This document shows, piece after piece, positions 11,517-22,666 of a DNA stretch of 36,418 nucleotides (position 1 is its first letter; the number at the start of each line of letters is the position of its first letter). This stretch comes from Chiloscyllium plagiosum. Its lineage: Eukaryota. The stretch is from assembly GCF_004010195.1 (NCBI RefSeq), contig NC_057750.1:4615167-4651584 (forward strand). Reading direction: 5' to 3'. The translations under genes and the position numbers were made by a program. The notes beneath the pieces were generated by a model. That model did no database searches and was not told the origin of the DNA. It was given only the letters and a program-made list of their open reading frames with translations.

Positions 11517-11717
11517 ATAGAGTCAGAGAAATGCACAGCGTGGAAACAGACCCTTCGGTCCAACCCGTCCATGCCGACCAGATATCCCAACCCAACCTAG
11601 TCCCATTTGCCAGCACTTGGCCCATATCCCTCCAAACCCTTCCTATTCATGTACCCATCCAGATGCCTTTTAAATGTTGTACCAGCCTCCACCACTTCCT
11701 CTGGCAGCTCATTCCAT
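11517..11717 (-). mobile_element. CR1/HER1-type 3' end
   Basis: Reverse complement of the tail seen at 9170-9374. Confidence 0.85.
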
Positions 11718-12737
11718 CATTTGTCACTCATTCCAAATGACACCCCCATCCATTCTCAGCCTCTGCTTTCCAATCTCTCCATGCCTCCTCACCTCTCTCT
11801 CTCTCCCTACTTCTGGAGCCATGGAGATCTCACCCCGATTCCCATCACTCCACCGCAGGTCCTGAAAACTATCCTGGGGTTTCTGGGCTGCAGATGNNNN
11901 NNNNNNNNNNNNNNNNNNNNNNNNNNNNNNNNNNNNNNNNNNNNNNNNNNNNNNNNNNNNNNNNNNNNNNNNNNNNNNNNNNNNNNNNNNNNNNNNNNNN
12001 NNNNNNNNNNNNNNNNNNNNNNNNNNNNNNNNNNNNNNNNNNNNNNNNNNNNNNNNNNNNNNNNNNNNNNNNNNNNNNNNNNNNNNNNNNNNNNNNNNNN
12101 NNNNNNNNNNNNNNNNNNNNNNNNNNNNNNNNNNNNNNNNNNNNNNNNNNNNNNNNNNNNNNNNNNNNNNNNNNNNNNNNNNNNNNNNNNNNNNNNNNNN
12201 NNNNNNNNNNNNNNNNNNNNNNNNNNNNNNNNNNNNNNNNNNNNNNNNNNNNNNNNNNNNNNNNNNNNNNNNNNNNNNNNNNNNNNNNNNNNNNNNNNNN
12301 NNNNNNNNNNNNNNNNNNNNNNNNNNNNNNNNNNNNNNNNNNNNNNNNNNNNNNNNNNNNNNNNNNNNNNNNNNNNNNNNNNNNNNNNNNNNNNNNAGTG
12401 GCAATGGGTGTCACTTTCTGGACCATGTCATTCATCCTAAATTGCTATTGATGATGGTTCAGAGTCAGCGACCTTGCTGTGGGTCAGGAGTCACGAGGAA
12501 CTAGGACGGTTTATTTCCCTAAAGAGCATGACTGAGCAAAGTGGGTTTTTATAACAACACTTTCATGCTCATCATTACTGACAATAGCTCCCATTGAATA
12601 AAGCTCCAACAGCAGCTGATTTGAACCCACACAGCCAATTGTATTAGGCTGGGCCTTTGCATTACTGGTTCAGCAGCAATGCCATCATTACTGGAAATGC
12701 AGGTTCTAAGCAGCTAAAAGCATGGCTGCCAATGGGG

Positions 12738-13252
12738 ACATAGAGTCATAGAGACGTACAGCACGGAAACAGACCCTTCGGTCCAACTAGTCTATGCCGA
12801 CCAGATACCCCAACCCAATCTAGTCCCACCTGCCAGCACCCAGCCCATATCCCTCCAAATCCTTCCGATTCATATACCCATCCAAATGCCTCTTAAATGT
12901 TGCAATTGTACCAATCTCCACCACTTCCTCTGTCGGCTCATTCCATACCCGTACCACCTTCTGTGTGAAAAAGTTGCCCCTTAGGTCTCTTTTATATCTT
13001 TCCCCTCTCACCCTAAACCTATGCCCTCTAGTTCTGGACTCCCCCACCCCAGGGAAAAGACTTAGTCTATTTACACTATCCATGCCCCTCATGATTTTGT
13101 AAATCTCTATAAGGTCACCCCTCAGCCTCCGACGCTCCAGGGAAAACAGCCCCAGCCTATTCAGCCTCTCCCTACAGCTCAAACCCTCCAACCCTGGCAA
13201 CTTTCTTGTAAATCTTTTCTGAACCCTTTCAAGTTTCACAACATCTTTCCGA
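12738..13252 (-). mobile_element. CR1/HER1-type 3' end
   Basis: ORF 12820-13239 KLERVQKRFTR...RRRLRGDLIE... Confidence 0.92.
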
Positions 13253-13619
13253 TTGATGGAAGTTGGAGAGGAGGGAGGAGTTCAGGAGATCAGAATTCCA
13301 AATGCACAGAGGGTTAAAGGGCTGGCAGTGGTGAGAGAGACAGTGAGGTAGGGGAATCTGGACATCATAAGGAGAATTAACTTCTGTTCCAAAGAGAGCT
13401 AGTTAGGAGGCCAAGCTGTGTGTGGTTTGAGGGATGGTTTGGGGGAAATCAAACATGTTCCAGTCCTCATCAGTATCTTGTAGAGTCAGAGAGTCATACA
13501 GCACGGAAACAGACCCTTCGGCCCAACCAATCCATGCTGAACAGGGGACTGAGTTGGATGATCAGCCATTGGATGGTGAAGCAGAGTTGAAGGGTCGAAT
13601 GGCCCACTCCTGCTTCTTT

Positions 13620-13860
13620 TCGAATTCAATAAAGTATCTGGAATGAAGAGTCTAATGACAATTGTTGATTGTTGGAAAAAGCCCACCTGGTTCACTGATG
13701 TCCTTTAGGGAAGGAATCTGCCATCCTTATCTGGTCTGGCCCACATGTGACTCCAGACCCACAGCAATGGGGTTGACTCTTGACAGCCTAATGGGCAATT
13801 AGGTGGGGAGGGGCAGTAAATGCTGGCCTCTCCAGTGTCGCCCTCTATGAATGTTTAAAA
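13620..13860 (+). mobile_element. Second-family SINE body and tail
   Basis: CTGGTTCACTRATGTCCTTTAGGGAAGGAA...GACTCCAGACCCACAGCAAT; other copies at about 19990-20128, 22980-23140 and 23495-23830. Confidence 0.7.
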
Positions 13861-14027
13861 AGGCTATTCAGCCCATTGAGTCCGCACAGACTGTGTACAG
13901 CATTCTAGCCAGTGCCATACTACCCCACTCCCCAACAAGCTGTTTCATCGGTGTCCGTCAGGGCCTCCTTGCGGCAGTCTCAGTCAGTTTGTGACTCCGT
14001 ACAGCGTTTTCTTCGGCATCGTGGAGA

Positions 14028-14177
14028 CTCCAGCCCGGGAACCCAGCCGTGTGGAAAATCCTGCCCGGGATTCCAACGTGTGGAGAATCCGGCCTGGGAT
14101 TCCAGCCGTGAGGAGAATCCGGCCTGGGATTCCAGCCGTGCGGAGAATCCGGCCTGGGACTCCAGCCGTATGGAGAG
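14028..14177. repeat. 30-nt tandem repeat, about 5 copies
   Basis: GGAGAATCCGGCCTGGGATTCCAGCCGTGN units. Confidence 0.85.
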
Positions 14178-14179
14178 GG

Positions 14180-14543
14180 TTAGGATGGAGTGGGGAGGGG
14201 GACAGGTTCTTGACCCCTGAGCCGTGAAATGAACTAAGTGGACTTTTCTCTTAAAATCTCTTTTTTAAAACAAAAATCTTTTTTTCCCTTTATTATATTA
14301 TTGTGGACTGTTATTATAAATGTTTTTATCTCTTTATTATTTTAATTTATACCAATGATTTTGAATTTCCATAATACTGAACTTTTAATTTCATTATTTT
14401 TCTAATGCTTTTTCCCGAAGAATTTGCCCTCGAGAATCTGTACCCTTGTACCGAAGATGATGCTGCAAAAATGGCAACTTGTAAACTCTTCACTGTACTC
14501 ATTCTGAGTACACAGGACAATAAAGCTAATTCAATTCAATTCA
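14180..14543 (+). mobile_element. Probable LINE 3' UTR with (ATTCA)n tail, possibly Rex/Babar-like
   Basis: T-rich tract, TGTACTCA-TTC-TGAGTACA stem, AATAAA, then AATTCAATTCAATTCA. Confidence 0.45.
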
Positions 14544-14880
14544 GCTTACTTTGATCAAATGCCCATCTGGTTTCCTTTTGAAACCGTTATCTCTACTTGC
14601 AGCTCCCTTGTAGAGAGCGATGTCTGGGTAATGAGATAACAAGAATCCAGAGAAAGTATATTCCTGTCAGGGTGAAAGGGAAGGCTGGTAGGTATAGGGA
14701 ATGCTGGATGACTAAAGATATTGAGGGTTTGGTAAGAAAAAGAAGGAAGCATATGTCAGGTATAGACAGGGTAGATCGAGTGAATCCTTAGAAGAGTATA
14801 AAGGAAGTAGGAGTATCCTTAAGAGGGAAATCAGGAGGGCAAAAAGGGGACATGAGATAGCTTTGGCAAATAGAATTAAG

Positions 14881-15058
14881 GTTGAAACTTTATTGCTGGA
14901 ACAGCACAGCAGGTCAGGCAGCATCCAGGGAACAGGAGATTCGACGTTTCGGGCACAGGCCCTTCCTCCTGTTCCCTGGATGCTGCCTGACCTGCTGTGC
15001 TGTTCCAGCAATAAAGTTTCAACTTTGATCTCCAGCATCTGCAGACCTCACTTTCTCC
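14881..15058. mobile_element. Penelope pLTR-derived palindrome
   Basis: About 58-nt inverted arms (14881-14938 / 14966-15025), then CTCCAGCATCTGCAG.CCTCACTTTCTCC end. Confidence 0.85.
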
Positions 15059-15310
15059 ATTCAGGTTCTTAACCAATTCCTTTTGAAATCCATAATTGAA
15101 TCCTTTAACCCTTTCCATTTTGTGGCCTTTGTGTGGAGCCTCAGAAAATGGGGGAGATACTAAATGAATATTTTACATCAGTATTTCCTGTGGAAAAAGA
15201 TATGGAAGATATAGACTGGAGGGAAATAGATGGTGACATCTTGCAAAATGTCCAGATTACAGAGGAGGAAGAGCTGGATGTCTTGAAACGGTAAAAGGTG
15301 GATAAATCCC

Positions 15311-15482
15311 AGCTTAAAAATGTGTTGATGGAAAAGCGCAGCAGGTCAGGCAGCATCAAAGGAGAAGGAGAATCGATGTTTCGGGCATAAGCCCTTCTTC
15401 GAAACGTCTGACCTGCTGCGCTTTTCCAGCAACACATTTTTAAGCTCTGATCCCCAGCATCTGCAGTCCTCACTTTCTCCTA
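15311..15482. mobile_element. Penelope pLTR-derived palindrome
   Basis: Inverted arms; TSD GATAAATCCC at 15301-15310 and 15483-15492. Confidence 0.85.
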
Positions 15483-16079
15483 GATAAATCCCCAGGACCT
15501 GATCAGGTGTACCCGAGAACTCTGTGGGAAGCTAGANNNNNNNNNNNNNNNNNNNNNNNNNNNNNNNNNNNNNNNNNNNNNNNNNNNNNNNNNNNNNNNN
15601 NNNNNNNNNNNNNNNNNNNNNNNNNNNNNNNNNNNNNNNNNNNNNNNNNNNNNNNNNNNNNNNNNNNNNNNNNNNNNNNNNNNNNNNNNNNNNNNNNNNN
15701 NNNNNNNNNNNNNNNNNNNNNNNNNNNNNNNNNNNNNNNNNNNNNNNNNNNNNNNNNNNNNNNNNNNNNNNNNNNNNNNNNNNNNNNNNNNNNNNNNNNN
15801 NNNNNNNNNNNNNNNNNNNNNNNNNNNNNNNNNNNNNNNNNNNNNNNNNNNNNNNNNNNNNNNNNNNNNNNNNNNNNNNNNNNNNNNNNNNNNNNNNNNN
15901 NNNNNNNNNNNNNNNNNNNNNNNNNNNNNNNNNNNNNNNGGAGTGTTGCTGAACAAAGAGACCTTAGAGTGCAGGTTCATAGCTCCTTGAAAGTGGAGTC
16001 GCAGGTAGATAGGATAGTGAAGAAGGCGTTTGGTATGCTTTCCTTCATTGGTCAGAGTATTGAGTACAGGAGTTGGGAG

Positions 16080-16690
16080 TAGGTATAAAAAACTTTCATG
16101 TACTTGCCCCCACACTCTGGATTCCTCGACCGTTCCTGAACTTTCTCCCGACCTCCAGAACCGCTCGGGCGCCATTGCCTATGCGGCCGCTGCAGCCACC
16201 ACCGCTGCACGGACAACAACCACCACCAACCATGCAGCCACCCCGATCGCCGCCCAGACAACCACCTCCAGGAAGACCATTGCCGACAGATACGTGGCCG
16301 CCGCGGGATCCACGGCCACCGGGACCAGCGCCGTTTCTGCCCGGCGCGCTAGTTCCGCCCCCCAGTGATGTCACTTACCTGCTCAAGGACCACACCGCAC
16401 GCTACGCCACTCCCACGTCGATCTCCGCTCCCACGACCAACACCCACCCCTTCTTCGGCCTATCACCCTCACCTCCTTCCACCTATCGTATTTCCAGTTC
16501 CCCTCCCCCAAATTCCCTCCCCTCTACCTTTTATCTCAGCCCACTCCGCACATCAGCCTCATTCCTGATGAAGGGCTTATGCCCGGAACGTCGATTCTCC
16601 TGCTCCTCGGATGCTGCCTGGCCTGCTGTGTTTTTCCAGCACCACATTTTTCAACTCTGGTCTCCAGCATTTGTAGTCGTCACTTTCTCC
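16080..16690 (+). mobile_element. Penelope-derived insert: CpG-rich segment plus pLTR
   Basis: 15-bp TSD TACAGGAGTTGGGAG at 16065-16079 and 16691-16705; pLTR with hammerhead-like motif at 16565-16592. Confidence 0.85.
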
Positions 16691-17391
16691 TACAGGAGTT
16701 GGGAGGTCATGTTGCGGCTGTACAGGACATTGGTTAGGCCACTGTTGGAATATTGCGTGCAATTCTGGTCTCCTTCCTATCGGAAAGATGTTGTGAAACT
16801 TGAAAGGGTTCAGAAAAGATTTACAAGGATGTTGCCAGGGTTGGAAGATGTGAGCTGTAGGGAGAGGCTGAACAGGCTGGGGCTGTTTTCCCTGGAGCGT
16901 CGGAGGCTGAGGGGTGACCTTATAGAGGTTTACAAAATTGAAGGGAATGGATGGGATAAACAGACAAGTCTTTTCCCTGGGGTCGGGGAGTCCAGAACTA
17001 GAGGGCATAGGTTTAGGGTGAGAGGGGAAAGATATAAAAGAGACCTAAGGGGCAACGTTTTCACACAGAGGGTGGTACGTGTATGGAATGAGCTGCCAGA
17101 GGATGTGGTGGAGGCTGGTACAATTGCAATATTTAAGAGGCATTTGGATGGGTATATGAATAGGAAGGATTTGGAGGGATGTGGGCCGGGTGCTGGCAGG
17201 TGGGACTAGATTGGGTTGGGATATCTGGTCGGCATGGATAGGTTGGACCAAAAGGTCTGTTTCCATGCTGTACATCTCTATGACTCTATGCCTCTAATTA
17301 TCAAGGCAGAAGTAACATGATGCCAGGTTATAGTCCAATGGAAACAAAAAACATAAGTTACTGGAAAGGCTCTGCAGGTCTGGCAGCATCT

Positions 17392-18336
17392 AGAACATAG
17401 AATAGTACAGCACAGTACAGGCCTTTCAGCCTTCGATGTTGTGCTGGCCTTTTATCCTACTCTAAGATCAAACTAAACTACACACCCTACATTGTACTGC
17501 ATACTCTTCATTATAATTGCAACATTTAAGAGGCGTTTGGATGGGTATATGAATAGGAAGGGTTTGGAGGGATCTGGGCTGGGTGCTGGCAGGTGGGACT
17601 AGATTGGGTTGAGATATCTGGTAGGCATGGACAGGTTGGACCGAAGGGTCTGCTTCCGTGCTGTACATCTCTATGACTCTATATGCCTATCCAAGAGTTG
17701 CTTAAATGTCCATAATGTCTCTGACTCTACTCCCACTGCTGGCAGTGCATTCCACACACCCACCACTCTGTCTAAAGAACCTACCTCTGACATCTCCTCT
17801 AAACCTTCCTCCAATCACATTAAAATTGTACCCTCTCATGATAGACATTTCTGCCCTGGAAAAAGTCTGTGGCTATCCACTCTATCTATACCTCTCATTA
17901 CCTTGTACACCTCTATCAAGTCAGACCTCATCCTTCTTCGCTCCAATGAGAAAAGCCCTAGATCCCTCAACCTTTCTTCATAAGACGTGCCCTCCAATCC
18001 AGGCAGAATCCTGATAAATCTCCTCTGCACCCTTTCTAAAGCTTCCACATCTTCCCTATAATGAGGCGAACAGAACTGAACACTAAGTGTGATCTAACAA
18101 GGGCTCTTTTGAGCTGCATCTCACACAGACACACCCCCTATCCCACATTTCTCACAGCTGACCGGCACACTATGGGTGATTTAGCATGGCCAATCCATTT
18201 ACACGCTCTGTGTAAAGAACCAACCTCTGACATCTCCCCTACACTTTCCTCCAATCACCTTAAAATTATGCCCCCTTGTGATAGCTATTTCCGCCCTGGG
18301 TAAAAGTCTCTGGCTATCTACTCTATCTATGCCTCT
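17392..18336 (-). mobile_element. CR1 fragments (minus) with a nested plus-strand CR1 tail (17514-17681)
   Basis: ORF 17836-18048 EALERVQRRFIR..RRRMRSDLIE; partial duplication at about 18205-18340. Confidence 0.8.
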
Positions 18337-18563
18337 CATTCTCCCCGTGTCTGCATGGGTTTCCTCCTGGTGCTCCGGTTTCCTCCCACAAGCCAGAAAT
18401 GTGCAGGTTAGGTGAATTGGCCATGCTAAATTGCCCGTAGTGTTAGGTGAAGGGGTAAGTGTGGGGGAATGGGTCTGGATGGATTGCGCTTCAGTGGGTT
18501 GGTGTGGATTTGTTGGGCCGAAGGGCCTGTTTCCACACTGTAAGTAATCTAATCTAATCTAAT
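18337..18563 (+). mobile_element. 5'-truncated HE1-type SINE with (TAATC)n tail
   Basis: Core and tail present, head absent. Confidence 0.88.
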
Positions 18564-19485
18564 CACCTCTATCAAGTGACGTCTTGTCCTTCTTCACTTT
18601 GTGAAGAGAAATCAGAGTTAACGTTTCAGGTCTGGTGACATATCTGAGCATTTTTCAAACGGGGGGCACGTGACCCTTCAGCGTGGCCCAGTGACCCATT
18701 CAGACCCACGGTCCAACACAGCCTAGAACCGAATGCCAAGTTGAAGCCCTTCACATCTGTCATCCCCAGACAACGCCAGCACTTAAATCCAGTTTGCGTG
18801 GCTGATGTACTTGACCCAGAGAGCTGTGATTATTTAACAACCTAGCCCGCCCTTTAAAAAGCAACAGAACCAACACTTTATGATGAAGTTGATGCTACAC
18901 AGACCTCCAAGTGATTGAGTGCAGGTTGGGAGAGTGCCATCAGAGTCAAGGTTTGTAAGGGTAATGAAGGCTAGAGATTAAATGTCTAAATTAGCCTCTC
19001 AGGACTTTACTGAAAAAATGCCTGTTTTGTAGTGAATTCCAGTTCTCCCTTTCTCATTAAAGCAGCCCTCCAGTAACATATCCCTCGCGTCAATCTAGAG
19101 AAGGAGAACACAAACAAACCCTTCAAACCTGGCAGGCCAACACACAGCCATTAATTCTGAACGAGACATAGATCTCTCTTTTGTCTGGTGCTGCAGCACT
19201 GACGCACAACAGCCAACAGTACAATCAGAGGACGGAAAAAAACGGGAGAATTGCAAATAGATGCACTTTGGAATTCAGGACTAACTTGCAGCATATGAGG
19301 CCATTTGGCCCATCCTGTCCATGATGCATGAAAAATCATCCAGCCCAATCCCACTTTCTAGTTATATTTCCCCCTTTTTTTTAACAGAATGTGGGAATGT
19401 TATCCATTCCCAATTGCCTAATTGAGTGGCTTTATCAGTCATTTCAGAGGGCAGTTAAGAGTCAACCACATTGATGGGGTTCAAG

Positions 19486-19805
19486 GGCAGTACAGTGGCT
19501 CAGTGGTTAGCACTGCTGCCTCACAGCACCAGGGACCTGGGTTTGATTCCACTCTTGGGAGACTGTCTGTATGGAGTTTGCACATTCTCCCCGTGTCTGC
19601 GTGGGTTTCCTCCGGGTGCTCCGGTTTCCTCCCACAGTCCAAAGATGTGCAGGTTAGGGTGGATTGGCCATGGGAAATTGCCCGCAGTGCTAGGTGCATT
19701 CATCAGAGGGAAATGGGTCTGGGTGGGTTACTCTCCGGAGGGTCGGTGTGGACTGGTTGGTCCGAAAGGCCTGTTTCCACGCTGTAGGGAATCTAATCTA
19801 ATCTT
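19486..19805 (+). mobile_element. HE1-type SINE
   Basis: Full length with AATCTAATCTAATCT tail. Confidence 0.9.
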
Positions 19806-20139
19806 CTTCTTTCTAACAAAAACAGCCTCAGGTTCCTCATCCTTTCTTCATAAGATCTTCCCTCCATATCAGGCAACATCCAGTAAATCTCCTCTGCACC
19901 CTTTCCAATGCTTCCACATTCTTCCTATAATGCAGCAACCAGAACTGTACGCAATACTCCAAGTTGAATTCAACTACAGTGATAATTAATCAATCTGAAA
20001 TTGAAGTCGAGCCTCAATAATGATGCAATTATTGTAAAATTATTGTAAAACCCCATCAAGTTTTTTAATGTCTTTTCAGGGAGGAAATTTGCTCTTCTTA
20101 CCTGTCTGATCTACATGTGACTCCAGCCTCATATCACAA

Positions 20140-20477
20140 AATCACTATGGTGTAGGAGCATGCCATTCTGCCCATCTAGTCCACTCAGACCCTCTTGGTA
20201 GCATCCCACCCAGACTCACCCTATCCCTGTCACCCTGCATGATTGACTCACGTAGCCTGCACATCCCTGAACTCTACGGGCAATTTAGCGTGGCCAATCC
20301 ACCCTGACCTGCACATCTTTGGACTGTAGGAGGAAACCGGAGCACCTGGAGGAAACCCACACAGACACAGGGAGAACGTCCAAACTCCACACCAACAGTT
20401 ACCCGAGGCTGGAATCGAACCTGGGTCCCTGACACTGTGAGGCAGCAGTGCTAACCACTGAGCCACCATGCCACCCC
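20140..20477 (-). mobile_element. HE1-type SINE
   Basis: Full head, core and tail. Confidence 0.88.
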
Positions 20478-20484
20478 AGAAGGT

Positions 20485-20828
20485 TAAGATGTGACTTAAT
20501 CGAGACATACAAGACGATCAGACAATCGGATAGGGTGGACAATGACATCTTTTTTCCTTAGATGGTGATGGCTAGCATGAGGGGACGTAGCTTTAAACTG
20601 AGGGGTGATAGATATAGGACAGGTGTCAGAGGTAGGTTCTTTACTCAGAGAGTAGTAAGAGTGTGGAGTGGCCTGCCTGCAACAGTAGTAGACTTGCTAA
20701 CTGAAATGGTCATTGGATAAACGTATGGATGGTAATGGAATAGTGTAGGTTCAGATTGGTTCCACAGGTTGGTGCAACATTGAGGGCTGAAGGGCCTGTA
20801 CTGTGCTGGAATGTTCTACGTTCTACTG
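20485..20828 (+). mobile_element. CR1 3' end
   Basis: DLIETYK...FFTQRVV..W..LP pattern. Confidence 0.8.
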
Positions 20829-22149
20829 TAGGTGACAAAACTACATCAGTGTACACCCAAACGCTGTTGAATGTGGCTCAAATTTCTGCCACCTCCCCTT
20901 TTGCTTGAACCTACCCCCACCAGGGCAAAAAGTCTTTTTTGAGCTTTCCCTTTGTCTGAGGAAATGCTTCCTGACACCACCCCCACCTCTCGTTTTAGAG
21001 TGATGTCCCCCCACCCCACCTCCCTGTGTGGACCCCAGCCATCATTGCCAAGATCAGAACAGGATCATTCTTTGCTGTGCCTCTCGGAGTGATGTCCACG
21101 CTCCAAACCCTTGTGAATCTTAATCCCAGGAAGGAAACTGCAAAGTACAAGCAGAACAAAAGAACACCTGAAATGTCCTGAACATGTATTTTGTTTGTTC
21201 ACAGATGTTACTGACCAGGAGTATGCTGGTGAGCTGCCTTCTTAAGCTGCTGCAGTGTGTGAGGAGCGTTGTCAGGACACCCACAGTGGTGTTAGGGACC
21301 GACTTTTCAGGATTTTGAACACAATGATGCTGCTGCAGGAACAGCGATATATTTCCAAGTCAGATGGAGAGTGGACTAGCCTATTCTTAGGCAGCCCCTC
21401 TGAACGCAGGATGACTTATCAGAAGACATGAAATACAGCGCTCTTTAAATCCAGAAGATACATCAGCTGTGTCGGCGACAAACACAGGAACAAGGAGCCG
21501 GTGTTGATTTGACAGATCTCTGCGCAAGTGAGCAGCACTCGATTCGAACCCTGAGCCACTCATTTGACTAATTTATCTCATTAACGTGGGGCACACGGCA
21601 ACATATGGAAATGATGGCAAGTTGAAACCCTCATCAGATGAGGTGATGCCAACAGAGCGTGCAGATGTCAAGTTAAATTTTAAAACAGGTTCAAATAGGT
21701 TTGGTTACACTGAACCCAGAAACAAATGACCCTGATAATCAAAACAGTCAGACTGCTTCAGACCTAGGACTCCTGCGTCTCCAAACGCACTCGCACTGCA
21801 CTTCACCTCTCCCACCTCAGCCCCTGCAAAACCCGAGAGATTACGATGCTACAGCCACTCGTTACACATTGCCACGAGTCCGGTCAACCCTGTGCTCACA
21901 AACATACAATGTCTCCTGTTCCATCTCAAATGTAGAAAATTCACACCCTCATATTGAAACCCTTTCAAAGCCTCTACCCTCCCAATTGCTGTAACCACTG
22001 CCAGGCCTACAATCCTCTATGAACTTGACATTCATCGAATTCTGGTCTCTACGCAGTTTCAATGTTGTTTCTCCTCCATTGCTGGTTGTGCCTTTGGTTG
22101 CTCTGAAACCTTCTCCCTCAAACTGTCTCTCTCCTCCTTTCCCATCTTC

Positions 22150-22666
22150 TGGAATACTGTGTCCAGTTCTGGTCACCCTGTTATAGGAAGGATGTTATTA
22201 AGCTGGAGAGGCTTCAGAAGAAATTGACCAGGATGCTGCTGGGAACGAAGGGTTTGAGTTATAAGGAGAGGCTGGATAGGCTGGGACTTGTTTCACTGGA
22301 ACGTAGGACTTTGAGAGGTGACCTTAGAGAGGTTGACAGGACTAGTAGCAATGTGTCATGGGTGACTGCAAAATCGCAATCTCTCGGGTTTATAAGGTGA
22401 ATGGTCCTTTCCGTGAGGAGAAAGATTGTTTCGAAAAAATTGCCTCCATGTCTTTTTAACAGAGATTGGTTGACGTGTGGAATGAACTTCCACAGGAAGT
22501 GTTGGATGCAGGTACAGTTACATTTAAAAAGCATTTGGATAAGTAGATGCATAAGAAATGTTTGGACTAAGGGCAGGCAGGTGGGACTAGTTTAGTTTGG
22601 GATTTTGGTCGGTCCCAGACTGGTTGAAATGAAGGGACTGTTTCCGTGCTGGATGACTCTAGGACT
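22150..22666 (+). mobile_element. CR1 3' end
   Basis: LEYC.QFWSPCYRKDVIKLERLQKKLTRML pattern and tail. Confidence 0.82.

Larger units (their letters stand above)
14625..17290 (+). mobile_element. Long CR1/HER1-type LINE interrupted by three Penelope-derived inserts and a gap
   Basis: ORF2 segments (ALANRIK; EILNEYF.SVF; DKSPGPD; LYRTLVRPLLEYCVQFWSP) in order, ending in a CTCTATGACTCTATG tail. Confidence 0.9.

Noticed and set aside
11607..12451. ORFs spanning the 11897-12396 gap
   Set aside because: Length comes from N runs.
16073..17209. 378-aa ORF as a novel gene
   Set aside because: Chance read-through of a Penelope insert into CR1 ORF2.
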